Positions 1-9,484 of a stretch of 64,000 nt of DNA are shown here, piece after piece. Positions within the stretch are counted from its first letter, which is position 1, and each line of letters opens with the position of its first letter. The stretch is from the IMG/VR virus record IMGVR_UViG_3300028833_000058. The stretch is one strand, 5' to 3'. Below the pieces are notes generated by a model that saw only the letters and a list, made by a program, of their open reading frames with translations, searched no databases and had not been told where the DNA came from. The position numbers and the translations under genes were made by a program. The DNA is from a virus (taxonomy: Duplodnaviria > Caudoviricetes).

Positions 1-2033
1 GGGTCATCTGTTATATACCCACAATCTACACTAGGCTCATTTGGTCCCATGACTGGACTTGTGACATAATCATTTTTTAAAGGTAACACAACCGATATAG
101 TTTTTTCACCTTCTTGGAGAGTGTTAGAATATAAGATGTTATTTTCTTCATCTAAGACTTTATATGTATATGTTACGTTGTTATCTAGTGGAAATTCAAA
201 AACAGTTTCATTGTCACTTGTTTCTGTTGAAGAAGGGAATATTCTGTGATTATCTGAATCATATAGAGTTACCAATAAGTTATTTGGTGTGATTGATATT
301 ATGGCAGCTTTTGTTTCTCCATTTGAGATAACAGCTGGAACAACTACTTCGCTGCTTTGTCCAACGTATTCGTCAAGCACAGCTGTACTACCAGATATTG
401 TATATCTATAGTCAGGGTTTCCAGTTGTAATCGTTGTTTCAGTTTTAGTTTTTAGTATGAAAGAAAAAGTTATTTCATCCCTAGATAAAGCTGGGCCAGA
501 TTCTGTAGGATGGTATCTGTCAATGTACCCATCGTTTATAACTGGATAATTTTGATATCTTAAAACACCTTCAAAATTAGGACTATTTGCAAGATTAACT
601 GCTCCATCAGCTAATTCACTTACTTGTCCAAAGTCCATGACATCTGTTTCATACCTTTCTTTATAATTTGCTCCTATTTCTTCTGGTGTTCTAAAGTCAA
701 CATATCTTTGTGCTGGACCGTATTGGTCTGTGCTTTTAAGGTCTTTTATAGGTGTGAAGAGTTGTTGTATATTTAATATCTTTCCTTCGTTTCTAATTGC
801 GTTATAAAAGTTGTAAGATGCTCTAGTTCCAACTGTGTTATAAAATGTTCTCAATTCTTCTACGAGTTGGTGTTTTTTCTCTAAAGTGAGGTTTGTGACG
901 TTTATTTTTAGACCTAAAAAGTTAATCAAAGATGATATATTAGAAGAATCTACTTTGTTGATATTTCTTATATTTCTTAATCTTTGTATAGAATCATAAG
1001 TCTCATTTAACAAGACTTTCTGGAAACTCATTAAAAGTTCTTTAAACAATGTACCATTCAAATCATATTGAGATACATATTTCATTATAGAAGGTGCATC
1101 TGGTACAGTTATAAAATACTCTGTAGAAGTTAAATAAGTTTTTACAAATTTTTGTATAGTTAAACATTTTAGAGAACGTTTTTCGAAATCCTCATCTACA
1201 ATCATGATACAACCATCTGTATCGTTTTCATGTAAGAAAAACCCTGGTCTTACATCATCGATTGCTAACTTCGCTACTTTATCAAAAGTAATCATACAGT
1301 CATATGGATTTTCTATAACAAAACCTCTGTCATCTTTCGGGCCATAAGTTAAATATCCGATATTAGGTGTAAATATCAAGGTTAAGCAGTCTCTAGACAT
1401 TCTGTAATATTCTATGACATCAACACCTTGTCTAATTATAGTGTTTAGTCTTACATAACTACCAATCTTTTGTATATTTGTTGGAGGTAACAATTCACCG
1501 TTTTTAAAGAATATATACCTTTCTGTCGTATAATCTTTTAAAATAAATTCTTTTAAAATAGGATTCCAACTAAACTCATCTTCTACGTTACCTTCGTAAA
1601 ACATATCTGAAGAAGTGTATACAACCACATTGCTCATGAGGCTTTGAGAATGTATATTTTTTATTGTTATAGTGTTATTTTCTTTATCAATTATGTATTC
1701 TGATTGAGATAATTTATAGCCATTTATAAAAACTAAAACTGTGTCAGATAAATTTGATAAGGTATTGTTATATCTATCTTTTCCAGAAATAACTGTATTT
1801 GGATTGTTAAGATTTATAAGAAATTCGTAATAATTTGAGCTATCTGTAAATTGAAATAAATCAAGAGTTGTTTGTGGTTGATTTTTAACCATTAACAAGT
1901 TATCTGCAATTGTATAATCACCTTTAGAACAAATCAGACTGTCACTAAATAAAAGCGTTGTCATGTTTATGTTCTCGATAATCAGACTGCTTTCTACCTG
2001 TATTTTGTTTATTTTATTTATGAACTCAGACAT
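1..2033 (-). CDS. Baseplate/tail structural protein (gp7-like wedge candidate), runs off the left edge
   Basis: Not in the ORF track, apparently because no stop lies in the window. ATG at 2033 (MSEFINKINK...), in frame with internal ATG 1085 (MKYVSQYDLNG...). Directly follows the gp6-like gene. Confidence 0.6.
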   Translation of the reverse strand, partial: MSEFINKINKIQVESSLIIENINMTTLLFSDSLICSKGDYTIADNLLMVKNQPQTTLDLFQFTDSSNYYEFLINLNNPNTVISGKDRYNNTLSNLSDTVLVFINGYKLSQSEYIIDKENNTITIKNIHSQSLMSNVVVYTSSDMFYEGNVEDEFSWNPILKEFILKDYTTERYIFFKNGELLPPTNIQKIGSYVRLNTIIRQGVDVIEYYRMSRDCLTLIFTPNIGYLTYGPKDDRGFVIENPYDCMITFDKVAKLAIDDVRPGFFLHENDTDGCIMIVDEDFEKRSLKCLTIQKFVKTYLTSTEYFITVPDAPSIMKYVSQYDLNGTLFKELLMSFQKVLLNETYDSIQRLRNIRNINKVDSSNISSLINFLGLKINVTNLTLEKKHQLVEELRTFYNTVGTRASYNFYNAIRNEGKILNIQQLFTPIKDLKSTDQYGPAQRYVDFRTPEEIGANYKERYETDVMDFGQVSELADGAVNLANSPNFEGVLRYQNYPVINDGYIDRYHPTESGPALSRDEITFSFILKTKTETTITTGNPDYRYTISGSTAVLDEYVGQSSEVVVPAVISNGETKAAIISITPNNLLVTLYDSDNHRIFPSSTETSDNETVFEFPLDNNVTYTYKVLDEENNILYSNTLQEGEKTISVVLPLKNDYVTSPVMGPNEPSVDCGYITDD

Positions 2034-2035
2034 GG

Positions 2036-5000
2036 CTACTTGTATTCTTTAATCACTTCGTTTACTGTAATGTAAGTTGAAATTAGGAACTCATCAACTT
2101 CTGCTTCTATGTTATCAACAGGGTCTAAGACTTTACACCATTGTACGTTTGGAGTTGACATAACAGCTGTGTAGATATCAGAAAGTTTTAATCCTTTTCC
2201 AATATAATCTGGTGTTATCTTAAACAACTTGCTTACGTTGTTTTTGATTTCTTGAATTATCATGTTACTTGTTATAGAAGCACTTGTGGATAAAAATGCG
2301 TTTATTGTAATAGGAACTTGTCTTACTTTAGGTTGTACAAATTCCATATATGTCGTAAAATGATTATATTTTTCAATAATCGGTTGGTCTAAATGGTTTG
2401 TGTCTTGATTATCAATTCTGTTACCAACAAAAGAAGATACTACTTCAATATTGTTGTTTGAATCAATTGATATTGTACCGTTTTGACCAGGTGTTTGACC
2501 ATTGCCAGAAGCAAGTGTAATTGTGATATTCACTGTTAAACCAGTTCCAGACCCTTGTTCACCAATATAAGATGTTGTAACAGTACCTTGTTCGTTTTCT
2601 TGTATAAAGTCATTAGTAATACTATCTGTATTAACTAATAAGTTGTTTAACCAAATAGCTTGGGTTACTTCTCCATTAGTACCAGTAGCAGTTATTTTTA
2701 ACTTCAATTGCCCATTTGTACCGTCTAGTTGAACTACGTCATTTATCGAATAACCAGAACCGAGGTTACCAAATTTGATAGACTGGTATCCTATTCTATA
2801 AACATCTTTGTCTAGTAACATTTCACCAGCTGTTTTTATATATTGGGTACCTACTAAATTTGTACTTTCTTCTGAAGATTCTGTTTCACGTATCGTAACA
2901 GTGTATACACCGTTTACAATATTCATAACTTTAACTAAGAATATTGTTTTTACACCATCTTTGTCATACATATAAGCTAAAACGTTTCCGTCTTCATAAC
3001 CATTTTCTACAGTTATACCATTTGCTTTTACATTGTAGTTGTATAACAAATAATCGTCTTCGTTTATCAAATAATTATCTAAATAGCCAGTGTCTTCTTG
3101 TATTTCAGAATCATCATAAAGAACTTCTTTTGGACCAGGACTATATCTTGTAGGAAAGTTTACATTTAACTCGCCATTGTTTGCATAATTGATATAAGAA
3201 CAATCTTCTTCGTAAAGAAGTTTCATTTTATCAATATTTATTTTAGCATTTGTAGATGAGCTTGCCGTTTGTTCTGTACTATAAAATTCTATTACGAAGA
3301 TGTTATATTTTTCTACTTTATTTCCATTTAAACAGTTAGTCGGATACCAAGTTGTCCAATAATTCATTTCAGAGCTTGGTTTTTCAACATAGGTTTTATC
3401 AATAATTCTTGTCCAATGTTCACTGTTTCTAATGTTTTCATAAGAAGGATTAGCTTCTTGAGTAGCGTACATTGCAAATGTACCGATAAACCTTTCAGAT
3501 GGAGTGGCTTGGAATTTGACACCTACTATACCTTTTCCTTCTATATGGTCACTATAATCGATTATAATTTGTACAGGTTGGAGCAAAGAAGGTGTTTTCG
3601 AACTTTGATAATAATGCTCACTAGAAACGTTTGACCTGATATTTTTAATCGAACTACCATCAAAACCAGGTTCATTGTTTGGGTTATCATTAGTTTTGAC
3701 AAGGGTCTTTGTAAGTTTTTCAACAGATGTGATGTTCACTACTAAAGATGTACCTTTTGTATAGCGTTGGTTTGGTATAGCAGCACAAGGTCTTGATTCA
3801 CCTTCACCAGGCCATGCGTTAGGGTCAGTTGTATTTAATATTTGTTGTTGTAATTTCAAATTAGTTACGGCTCCTGTTGAATTTACATCAGTCACTAACA
3901 CACTCAAACCGTTTTCTAAAAGAACAATGTCACCTACTTTATAATCTTGACCAGCAGTGTCTATCTCGTTGTATGGTTCAAGTTGAATGAAATATGGGCA
4001 TTGTGAATATAAACTAGCTTGCCATTCTGGTAACAAACTATCTCTAGGGTCTTCTCCGTTGTCGTTTATGAATAAGAAGCCTTTAGCACCAGTGTCTTGC
4101 ATTAAAACAAACTTTGTTGGGTCAATGTTATTAGCAATTTTCAAAGAATAAGAACCATAGAATCCTCTGTTACTACCGATGCTACCAGTGAAATTAAAAT
4201 TGTTAGAAACATAACCAATGTTACTATATGGATATACTTCAAATGATTTCAAACCAGTGTAATAAACCATGTTCATCATGATAGAATCGTATGCACCAGC
4301 CATATTAGATTGTTCGTATTCACCCCAAACATTTGATGCTAAATACCCACATTCGTTGTCTAACATTGCAATATAATCTTGTCTACGAATAGCACGATGA
4401 CCAGAAGCATAAACCCAAGGTGAAGTCATACGCAATGTTTCAAGTGATTGTGTACCAAAACCACCATAGCTTGTAGAAGTTGTCTTAACGGTTAAATCTA
4501 AATCTTCTTGATTACCATAAGCATCTGTAAACATTAAACCGTTTTCTAGTTTACCATCAAGTCCTATTTCAGACGTATTACCAGATTCACCATCGTTACT
4601 TACATAGTGAATCAAAAGAGTACTACCAGCTACAGGTAAATCACCAAGTTGACCATTACCTAATTTTAAATAAGACCTACCATCTGAATCTGTTCTCAAG
4701 ACAAGCATTTTAGTTAAATTAGGGTCACTTACATAATTCTTTTCATAATCTAAGAAATTATCTGATACAGACCATTCTTCACCGTTTACATAAGCCCTAA
4801 CGTAGTTTTTGTTAGCTTTGAAGTCTGTAGAGAAATAAAAACGTTCGTAAGGAATACCAGAAGTAGTTTTTGTAACTTCTAGAGCTTCACCTTGTATCAA
4901 AACAATGTCTTTAACAGTTTCTACACCAGCAGGAAGTAATATACCATGTGGATTAAAATATTTTCTTCCATTGATAATAAAAGAAGTTTCAGCAGGAACA

Positions 5001-5320
5001 GTGATGTTCATACTGACTAAATTGTTTTTTGTAACAGTTGTTATAACCTGTGCTGAATTGTTTCCATGTATAACGTTTCCAAGAGTAACTGCTAACTGAT
5101 AAATACCTTCTCTACTGAAAGCTGTGTCTGTGTAACAGTTAGCCATTGTAGATACGATAAAATATTGTAAGAACGCACCATAACCAGCAAATACGTTGGC
5201 CAAAGCTGTACTTGTCTCAGATGGGTACATTGCAGCAAAAGTAGGTGAATCGTTTGCCCAATTTTCAATAATTGCGTTGCGTAAACTATCAATATCGTAT
5301 ACTATATTATCTAATTTCAT
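2036..5320 (-). CDS. Baseplate wedge protein, T4 gp6-like, with large internal insertions
   Basis: N-terminal TAFSREGIYQLAVTLG, YVSNDGESGN and RAIRRQDY motifs typical of gp6/baseplate J; adjacent to gp25-like gene. Confidence 0.8.
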   Translation of the reverse strand: MKLDNIVYDIDSLRNAIIENWANDSPTFAAMYPSETSTALANVFAGYGAFLQYFIVSTMANCYTDTAFSREGIYQLAVTLGNVIHGNNSAQVITTVTKNNLVSMNITVPAETSFIINGRKYFNPHGILLPAGVETVKDIVLIQGEALEVTKTTSGIPYERFYFSTDFKANKNYVRAYVNGEEWSVSDNFLDYEKNYVSDPNLTKMLVLRTDSDGRSYLKLGNGQLGDLPVAGSTLLIHYVSNDGESGNTSEIGLDGKLENGLMFTDAYGNQEDLDLTVKTTSTSYGGFGTQSLETLRMTSPWVYASGHRAIRRQDYIAMLDNECGYLASNVWGEYEQSNMAGAYDSIMMNMVYYTGLKSFEVYPYSNIGYVSNNFNFTGSIGSNRGFYGSYSLKIANNIDPTKFVLMQDTGAKGFLFINDNGEDPRDSLLPEWQASLYSQCPYFIQLEPYNEIDTAGQDYKVGDIVLLENGLSVLVTDVNSTGAVTNLKLQQQILNTTDPNAWPGEGESRPCAAIPNQRYTKGTSLVVNITSVEKLTKTLVKTNDNPNNEPGFDGSSIKNIRSNVSSEHYYQSSKTPSLLQPVQIIIDYSDHIEGKGIVGVKFQATPSERFIGTFAMYATQEANPSYENIRNSEHWTRIIDKTYVEKPSSEMNYWTTWYPTNCLNGNKVEKYNIFVIEFYSTEQTASSSTNAKINIDKMKLLYEEDCSYINYANNGELNVNFPTRYSPGPKEVLYDDSEIQEDTGYLDNYLINEDDYLLYNYNVKANGITVENGYEDGNVLAYMYDKDGVKTIFLVKVMNIVNGVYTVTIRETESSEESTNLVGTQYIKTAGEMLLDKDVYRIGYQSIKFGNLGSGYSINDVVQLDGTNGQLKLKITATGTNGEVTQAIWLNNLLVNTDSITNDFIQENEQGTVTTSYIGEQGSGTGLTVNITITLASGNGQTPGQNGTISIDSNNNIEVVSSFVGNRIDNQDTNHLDQPIIEKYNHFTTYMEFVQPKVRQVPITINAFLSTSASITSNMIIQEIKNNVSKLFKITPDYIGKGLKLSDIYTAVMSTPNVQWCKVLDPVDNIEAEVDEFLISTYITVNEVIKEYK

Positions 5321-5361
5321 TTTATCTTTTTCCTATTACTCTCATATAGTATAAAGAACTA

Positions 5362-5736
5362 TTATTTTCCAGAAACTCTTGTTGAAATTGAAGATGTTAT
5401 GTTATTTAAACTTGGAACACTAAAAACAACGTTTACTTCATAACTATTCATGTCTACTCTATACACATGAATATCAGCTGGACTTAAACTAACTCTAGGT
5501 TCATTTTGTTCAATGTCTACATAAAGAAAAGCAACAATGTCAGCTGGTTCTACATTGTTTTCAAATAGCAAAGAATACAGGTTTGTTCCATAGTCACGAT
5601 TAAATGGAACAGTACCCTTTGGAGTTGTTAAAAGTCTTTCGATATTTTGCTTTATGGCGTTTAAATCATATACAATGCTGTTTAATTCTGCATTAGATGT
5701 ATTAAACTTTGTGTTCAAGTCTGAATAAGTCGTCAT
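5362..5736 (-). CDS. Baseplate wedge/sheath initiator, gp25-like
   Basis: AIKQNIERLLTTPKGTVPFNRDYGTNL...EPRV GPW/gp25 signature. Confidence 0.9.
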   Translation of the reverse strand: MTTYSDLNTKFNTSNAELNSIVYDLNAIKQNIERLLTTPKGTVPFNRDYGTNLYSLLFENNVEPADIVAFLYVDIEQNEPRVSLSPADIHVYRVDMNSYEVNVVFSVPSLNNITSSISTRVSGK

Positions 5737-5825
5737 TACATGCTTCTTTATAAGGGAAATACATACATCAAATCTTCTCTTATTTAGAACTTATTTTTAG
5801 TATAATTGTTTATAAAATTTTGATA

Positions 5826-6587
5826 TTATCCAATACCTGTAGTAGTTGGTATATTACTCTCTCCAGTTTTAACTCCTTCAACAGTGTGTGTATGTCCAGT
5901 TAAAGTAACATTGTTACTATTTGCTCCAACTTCTGCTTTAGAGGTTATGTTTCCATCTACATCTAACTTACCTGTTATATGTACATCACCTTCTAATTCA
6001 ATTTTTGGTGATGTAACAGTAGCTTTTTCTGATGCTTTAGCTACAAGTGTTTTACATTCAACCGTAGCCGTTTTCTTAGTCTTTACAGTTATATCATCTT
6101 CAGCATTTACAGTAACTTTTTTGACTTTATCTACGTCAACGTCACCAATAAAGTGTACGATTATCTGGTTTTCGTCACCAGTTATATCTATTCCTATAAA
6201 CTGGTCTTCATCAGCAGTTATACCGTATGTATTTAGGTATTTATCACCATCTGGAGTATATTTTGTTTTTTTATAAAGTGCTCCTAGATAAACCAAGGAG
6301 TTTACGTCATTTTGAATAGCTAAAATAAGTAATTTTGTTCCTACTTCTGGTACACAATGGTCAAATTTAGGTGGAGTTTTACCTTTGGATTGATTTTCAG
6401 CATCATCACCCTCTATACCTCTAAAAGCTCTATCTACTCTTGCAGCCCAAGGTAATTTAGAATCCTCAATTTTATCATGTATTTTAGGTATACGAACTCT
6501 AACACGATAGTTTTTAGTTGGGTCATCATTATCAACTACTGTCGCAATGTAAAATGGATTTCTGTCATTTTTAGATTCTAAATACAT
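5826..6587 (-). CDS. Baseplate central spike (gp5/gpV-like)
   Basis: N-terminal OB-fold motif VVDNDDP...RVRVRIP...LPWA, beta-helix repeats, apex HxH (GHTH). Confidence 0.85.
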   Translation of the reverse strand: MYLESKNDRNPFYIATVVDNDDPTKNYRVRVRIPKIHDKIEDSKLPWAARVDRAFRGIEGDDAENQSKGKTPPKFDHCVPEVGTKLLILAIQNDVNSLVYLGALYKKTKYTPDGDKYLNTYGITADEDQFIGIDITGDENQIIVHFIGDVDVDKVKKVTVNAEDDITVKTKKTATVECKTLVAKASEKATVTSPKIELEGDVHITGKLDVDGNITSKAEVGANSNNVTLTGHTHTVEGVKTGESNIPTTTGIG

Positions 6588-7879
6588 TAGTTCGTTTTTC
6601 CTTTCGTGTTAAATCCTTGCATTACAAATTGTATTTTTGTAGCCGCATGTTTTTGTGTAACGTTGACATCTATGGAAGCTACCATACATTTAGCACTTAA
6701 TGATTCCATTTTAATAAATTTATCATTTTCAGCATGTACATCATACTCAATGTTACAAGTGTCAAACAAATGAAATGCTTCAAAGAAAGGTAAGATAGAG
6801 TTTTTCGTTGCTATTGCTGTACTCGGTGAGAATCTGACAGATAAAAACGTTGAATATGTAGCTAAAATTTGTCTATTTTGAGTTAAGGCCTTAAAATAGT
6901 TTTCATTATGATTACCAACATTAAATGGAAACCAACCTTGACCTTGTTTAGCAGGGCCATTCTTACACACACAAGTTGATTCTGATGTCTTTGTTAATTC
7001 ATTAGACAAAATATTTTTATAATCGTATTCACATTTATCATCTTGCATAAAGTTGAATACGTCAGCGTCTATTCCATATGCACCTAATTTAACATTGTTT
7101 AATCCAAAAGGAACACTTGATACAACTGGTACGCCTAAAGACCCAACTCTTATGTTTTGGCAATTACCACCAGCGCAACCACATGATGAACAACCTGCTC
7201 CAGAGTTATTAGGATTAAAACATTTTACGATATTCTTATAATAAAGTTTTTTGTTTCTATCTATGGCCCACATCATAGCAGAAGTATCGTCTGCCCAACC
7301 ATATTGACAGCAGTAACTTAAGAATTGGTATATGTTACGTCCATTTGCAATCCAAAGTTGAGCATCTTTTGTGTTATCTATATCCTTTTCTGTAAACTTA
7401 TACTCTGTGGCACAATTTTCAAAGACTTTAGACGTTGTACAAGGACAATTTAGTACATTACCATCACCATATCCAGCAAGAAAATCGATGACACAATTGA
7501 GAATAACTCTTACGAATATACCATGGTCTTCTATTTTCTCAATACCAAATAATCTAAACACATAAGCTTTCTCGTTTAGCTTTTTTATCTCTGGTGGTAA
7601 TTCGTCATTTAATTTAAGTTCTATTGTAACCAATGTACCATCTGTCAAATATTGATTGTCAAGCCAAATATATGGGACTTCAACTTCAATTTTACAAGTT
7701 GGTACTATGTCAGATATAGATTCGTGTAAATTAAGACCGTAGATTGTACAGTAATTTGCCTTTTCGTTACTTGAATCATAGAAATAGATAGGCTCTTGAC
7801 CTTCAGGTACAATACCTAAAATCAAAGTGTAAAAGCCTTGTTCAATCGGCATACCTATTGTAGATTTTCGTTCACTCAT
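6587..7879 (-). CDS. Baseplate hub protein (gp27/gpD-like)
   Basis: Position between the gp53-like gene and the spike, size, LHESISDIVP motif. Confidence 0.55.
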   Translation of the reverse strand: MSERKSTIGMPIEQGFYTLILGIVPEGQEPIYFYDSSNEKANYCTIYGLNLHESISDIVPTCKIEVEVPYIWLDNQYLTDGTLVTIELKLNDELPPEIKKLNEKAYVFRLFGIEKIEDHGIFVRVILNCVIDFLAGYGDGNVLNCPCTTSKVFENCATEYKFTEKDIDNTKDAQLWIANGRNIYQFLSYCCQYGWADDTSAMMWAIDRNKKLYYKNIVKCFNPNNSGAGCSSCGCAGGNCQNIRVGSLGVPVVSSVPFGLNNVKLGAYGIDADVFNFMQDDKCEYDYKNILSNELTKTSESTCVCKNGPAKQGQGWFPFNVGNHNENYFKALTQNRQILATYSTFLSVRFSPSTAIATKNSILPFFEAFHLFDTCNIEYDVHAENDKFIKMESLSAKCMVASIDVNVTQKHAATKIQFVMQGFNTKGKTN

Positions 7880-7881
7880 GG

Positions 7882-8274
7882 CTATACTATCGTAATTCTC
7901 TTTCCAATTTCACTTTCTACTCTATTCTCAAGACTATTTGTTTCTGTGATGAAACTTGATATCTGGTCAGTTGAGTTAATAGAATATATCCAATTTTCTT
8001 TTATAGCAGTTAAAGGGTCGTCAAGTCTATTTAAAAATAAAATCCACCACCAATAATTTTGAGAACCTAATATAGAATGTTTAGCAACAAGTTCTGGATA
8101 ACCATCTTCGTCTTGGGATACAAGGTAACGTTGCATTTCTTCAAAAGAATACCAGTTGTCATTTAACCCTTGATATAACTTTTTCAATCCAGCGTTAACG
8201 TCAGAACAACCTTGTCCATTGTTATCAACAATTCTTTCTGTAAAAAATGAATCATATTTTATATTATTACTCAT
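7882..8274 (-). CDS. Baseplate wedge gp53-like (LysM-type)
   Basis: YLVSQDEDGYPELVA...NYWWWILFLNRLDDP motif. Confidence 0.75.
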   Translation of the reverse strand: MSNNIKYDSFFTERIVDNNGQGCSDVNAGLKKLYQGLNDNWYSFEEMQRYLVSQDEDGYPELVAKHSILGSQNYWWWILFLNRLDDPLTAIKENWIYSINSTDQISSFITETNSLENRVESEIGKRITIV

Positions 8275-8309
8275 TGTTTGTTATCCTATTAGATTTCCAC
8301 CATTTCCGA

Positions 8310-9473
8310 TTATTTTGGAGATACTGAAGCGTCTTGAATCGTTTGTGATGTTGGTTGAGCTACTTGTATCGCTTTGTTATTACCACCCCATACACCGTAT
8401 GCTTGAGGTTGTGATGGATTAGTAACAGGAGCACCGTTGAAATAAAAATCTTTTCCTGTGTTATACACATCCTTTCCAAGTTTTTTAGCTCCTTCTTCAA
8501 TATAATTTATCATCTTTCCACCAGCTTCTAACACCTTATCAACGTTGAATTCACCTTTACCTTGGTCATCTTGTTGATTCATCCAAAGCATTTTTGTATA
8601 AGTACCTGATGTCAATGTCTCAATTGTTGTTATGTCAATAGTAACTTCAGCTAAAACTGGTGTTAAACTTCCATCACTTCTCATCATTAGATTTTTTGTA
8701 TTTGGATAATTAACGGATATACCTTTTATGATACAGTTGTCTATAAAGAGCATGCCACCTATTTGTACCATAATTCTTGCTCTATTTGGTGCAAAATTAA
8801 AAGTTTTCTTGTTGTATGTGAGGTCTATATTTAACGGAGATGGAGCTGGAGTATAGAAACCAAGTGCACTCTCAGGGTCTAATGTCGGAAGACTTAAACA
8901 ACCAAGGAATTCTAATGCTTCTTTCAGATTAGTTCTTACTTTTGGTTCAGAGCAATGATAAGAATCATCGTCAATCACAGGTATTCTTAACTGTATTCCA
9001 AGTGGCTTTGCTCCACTCCAGATTAAGAAGTTAGCAGCTCTGTTTATACCAGAACGAAAATTTGAACCTATTTTTGCCCAATTTCCACCAGCCTTCATAG
9101 CTGCAGCAGAACCTAATTGAAGTGCAAGGTTACCAACGCCTTTGAAGATATCACTTAAAGGACTTCCCCATTCAGAACCAATTCTATATTGGAAAGTATC
9201 TGGTAAGTTACCAGAGATGATATATGTGCTATCAGCACCAAGCTTTTGACCGTTTGTTGTGATACCATCAAAATCTTGAACATATATTCTTGTCTGGTGA
9301 TATTGTTTTAGATAACCATATTTACCAGAATCTACATTTATGTTTGAGAAATCAAAAGATTTATGGTTAGTTGGATTAGAAGACGTAGATGCATTGAATA
9401 ATGAGTTTGTGAAAACTAATGCTCCATTTGATGTAATTTGTTGTGTTCCATTGTAAGGTTGTGTATTTGGCAT
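8310..9473 (-). CDS. Tail tube initiator / baseplate-tube junction (gp48-like)
   Basis: Downstream of tape measure; C-terminal NCIIKGISVNY...PVLAEVTIDITTIE motif. Confidence 0.5.
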   Translation of the reverse strand: MPNTQPYNGTQQITSNGALVFTNSLFNASTSSNPTNHKSFDFSNINVDSGKYGYLKQYHQTRIYVQDFDGITTNGQKLGADSTYIISGNLPDTFQYRIGSEWGSPLSDIFKGVGNLALQLGSAAAMKAGGNWAKIGSNFRSGINRAANFLIWSGAKPLGIQLRIPVIDDDSYHCSEPKVRTNLKEALEFLGCLSLPTLDPESALGFYTPAPSPLNIDLTYNKKTFNFAPNRARIMVQIGGMLFIDNCIIKGISVNYPNTKNLMMRSDGSLTPVLAEVTIDITTIETLTSGTYTKMLWMNQQDDQGKGEFNVDKVLEAGGKMINYIEEGAKKLGKDVYNTGKDFYFNGAPVTNPSQPQAYGVWGGNNKAIQVAQPTSQTIQDASVSPK

Positions 9474-9484
9474 CTTTTATATCC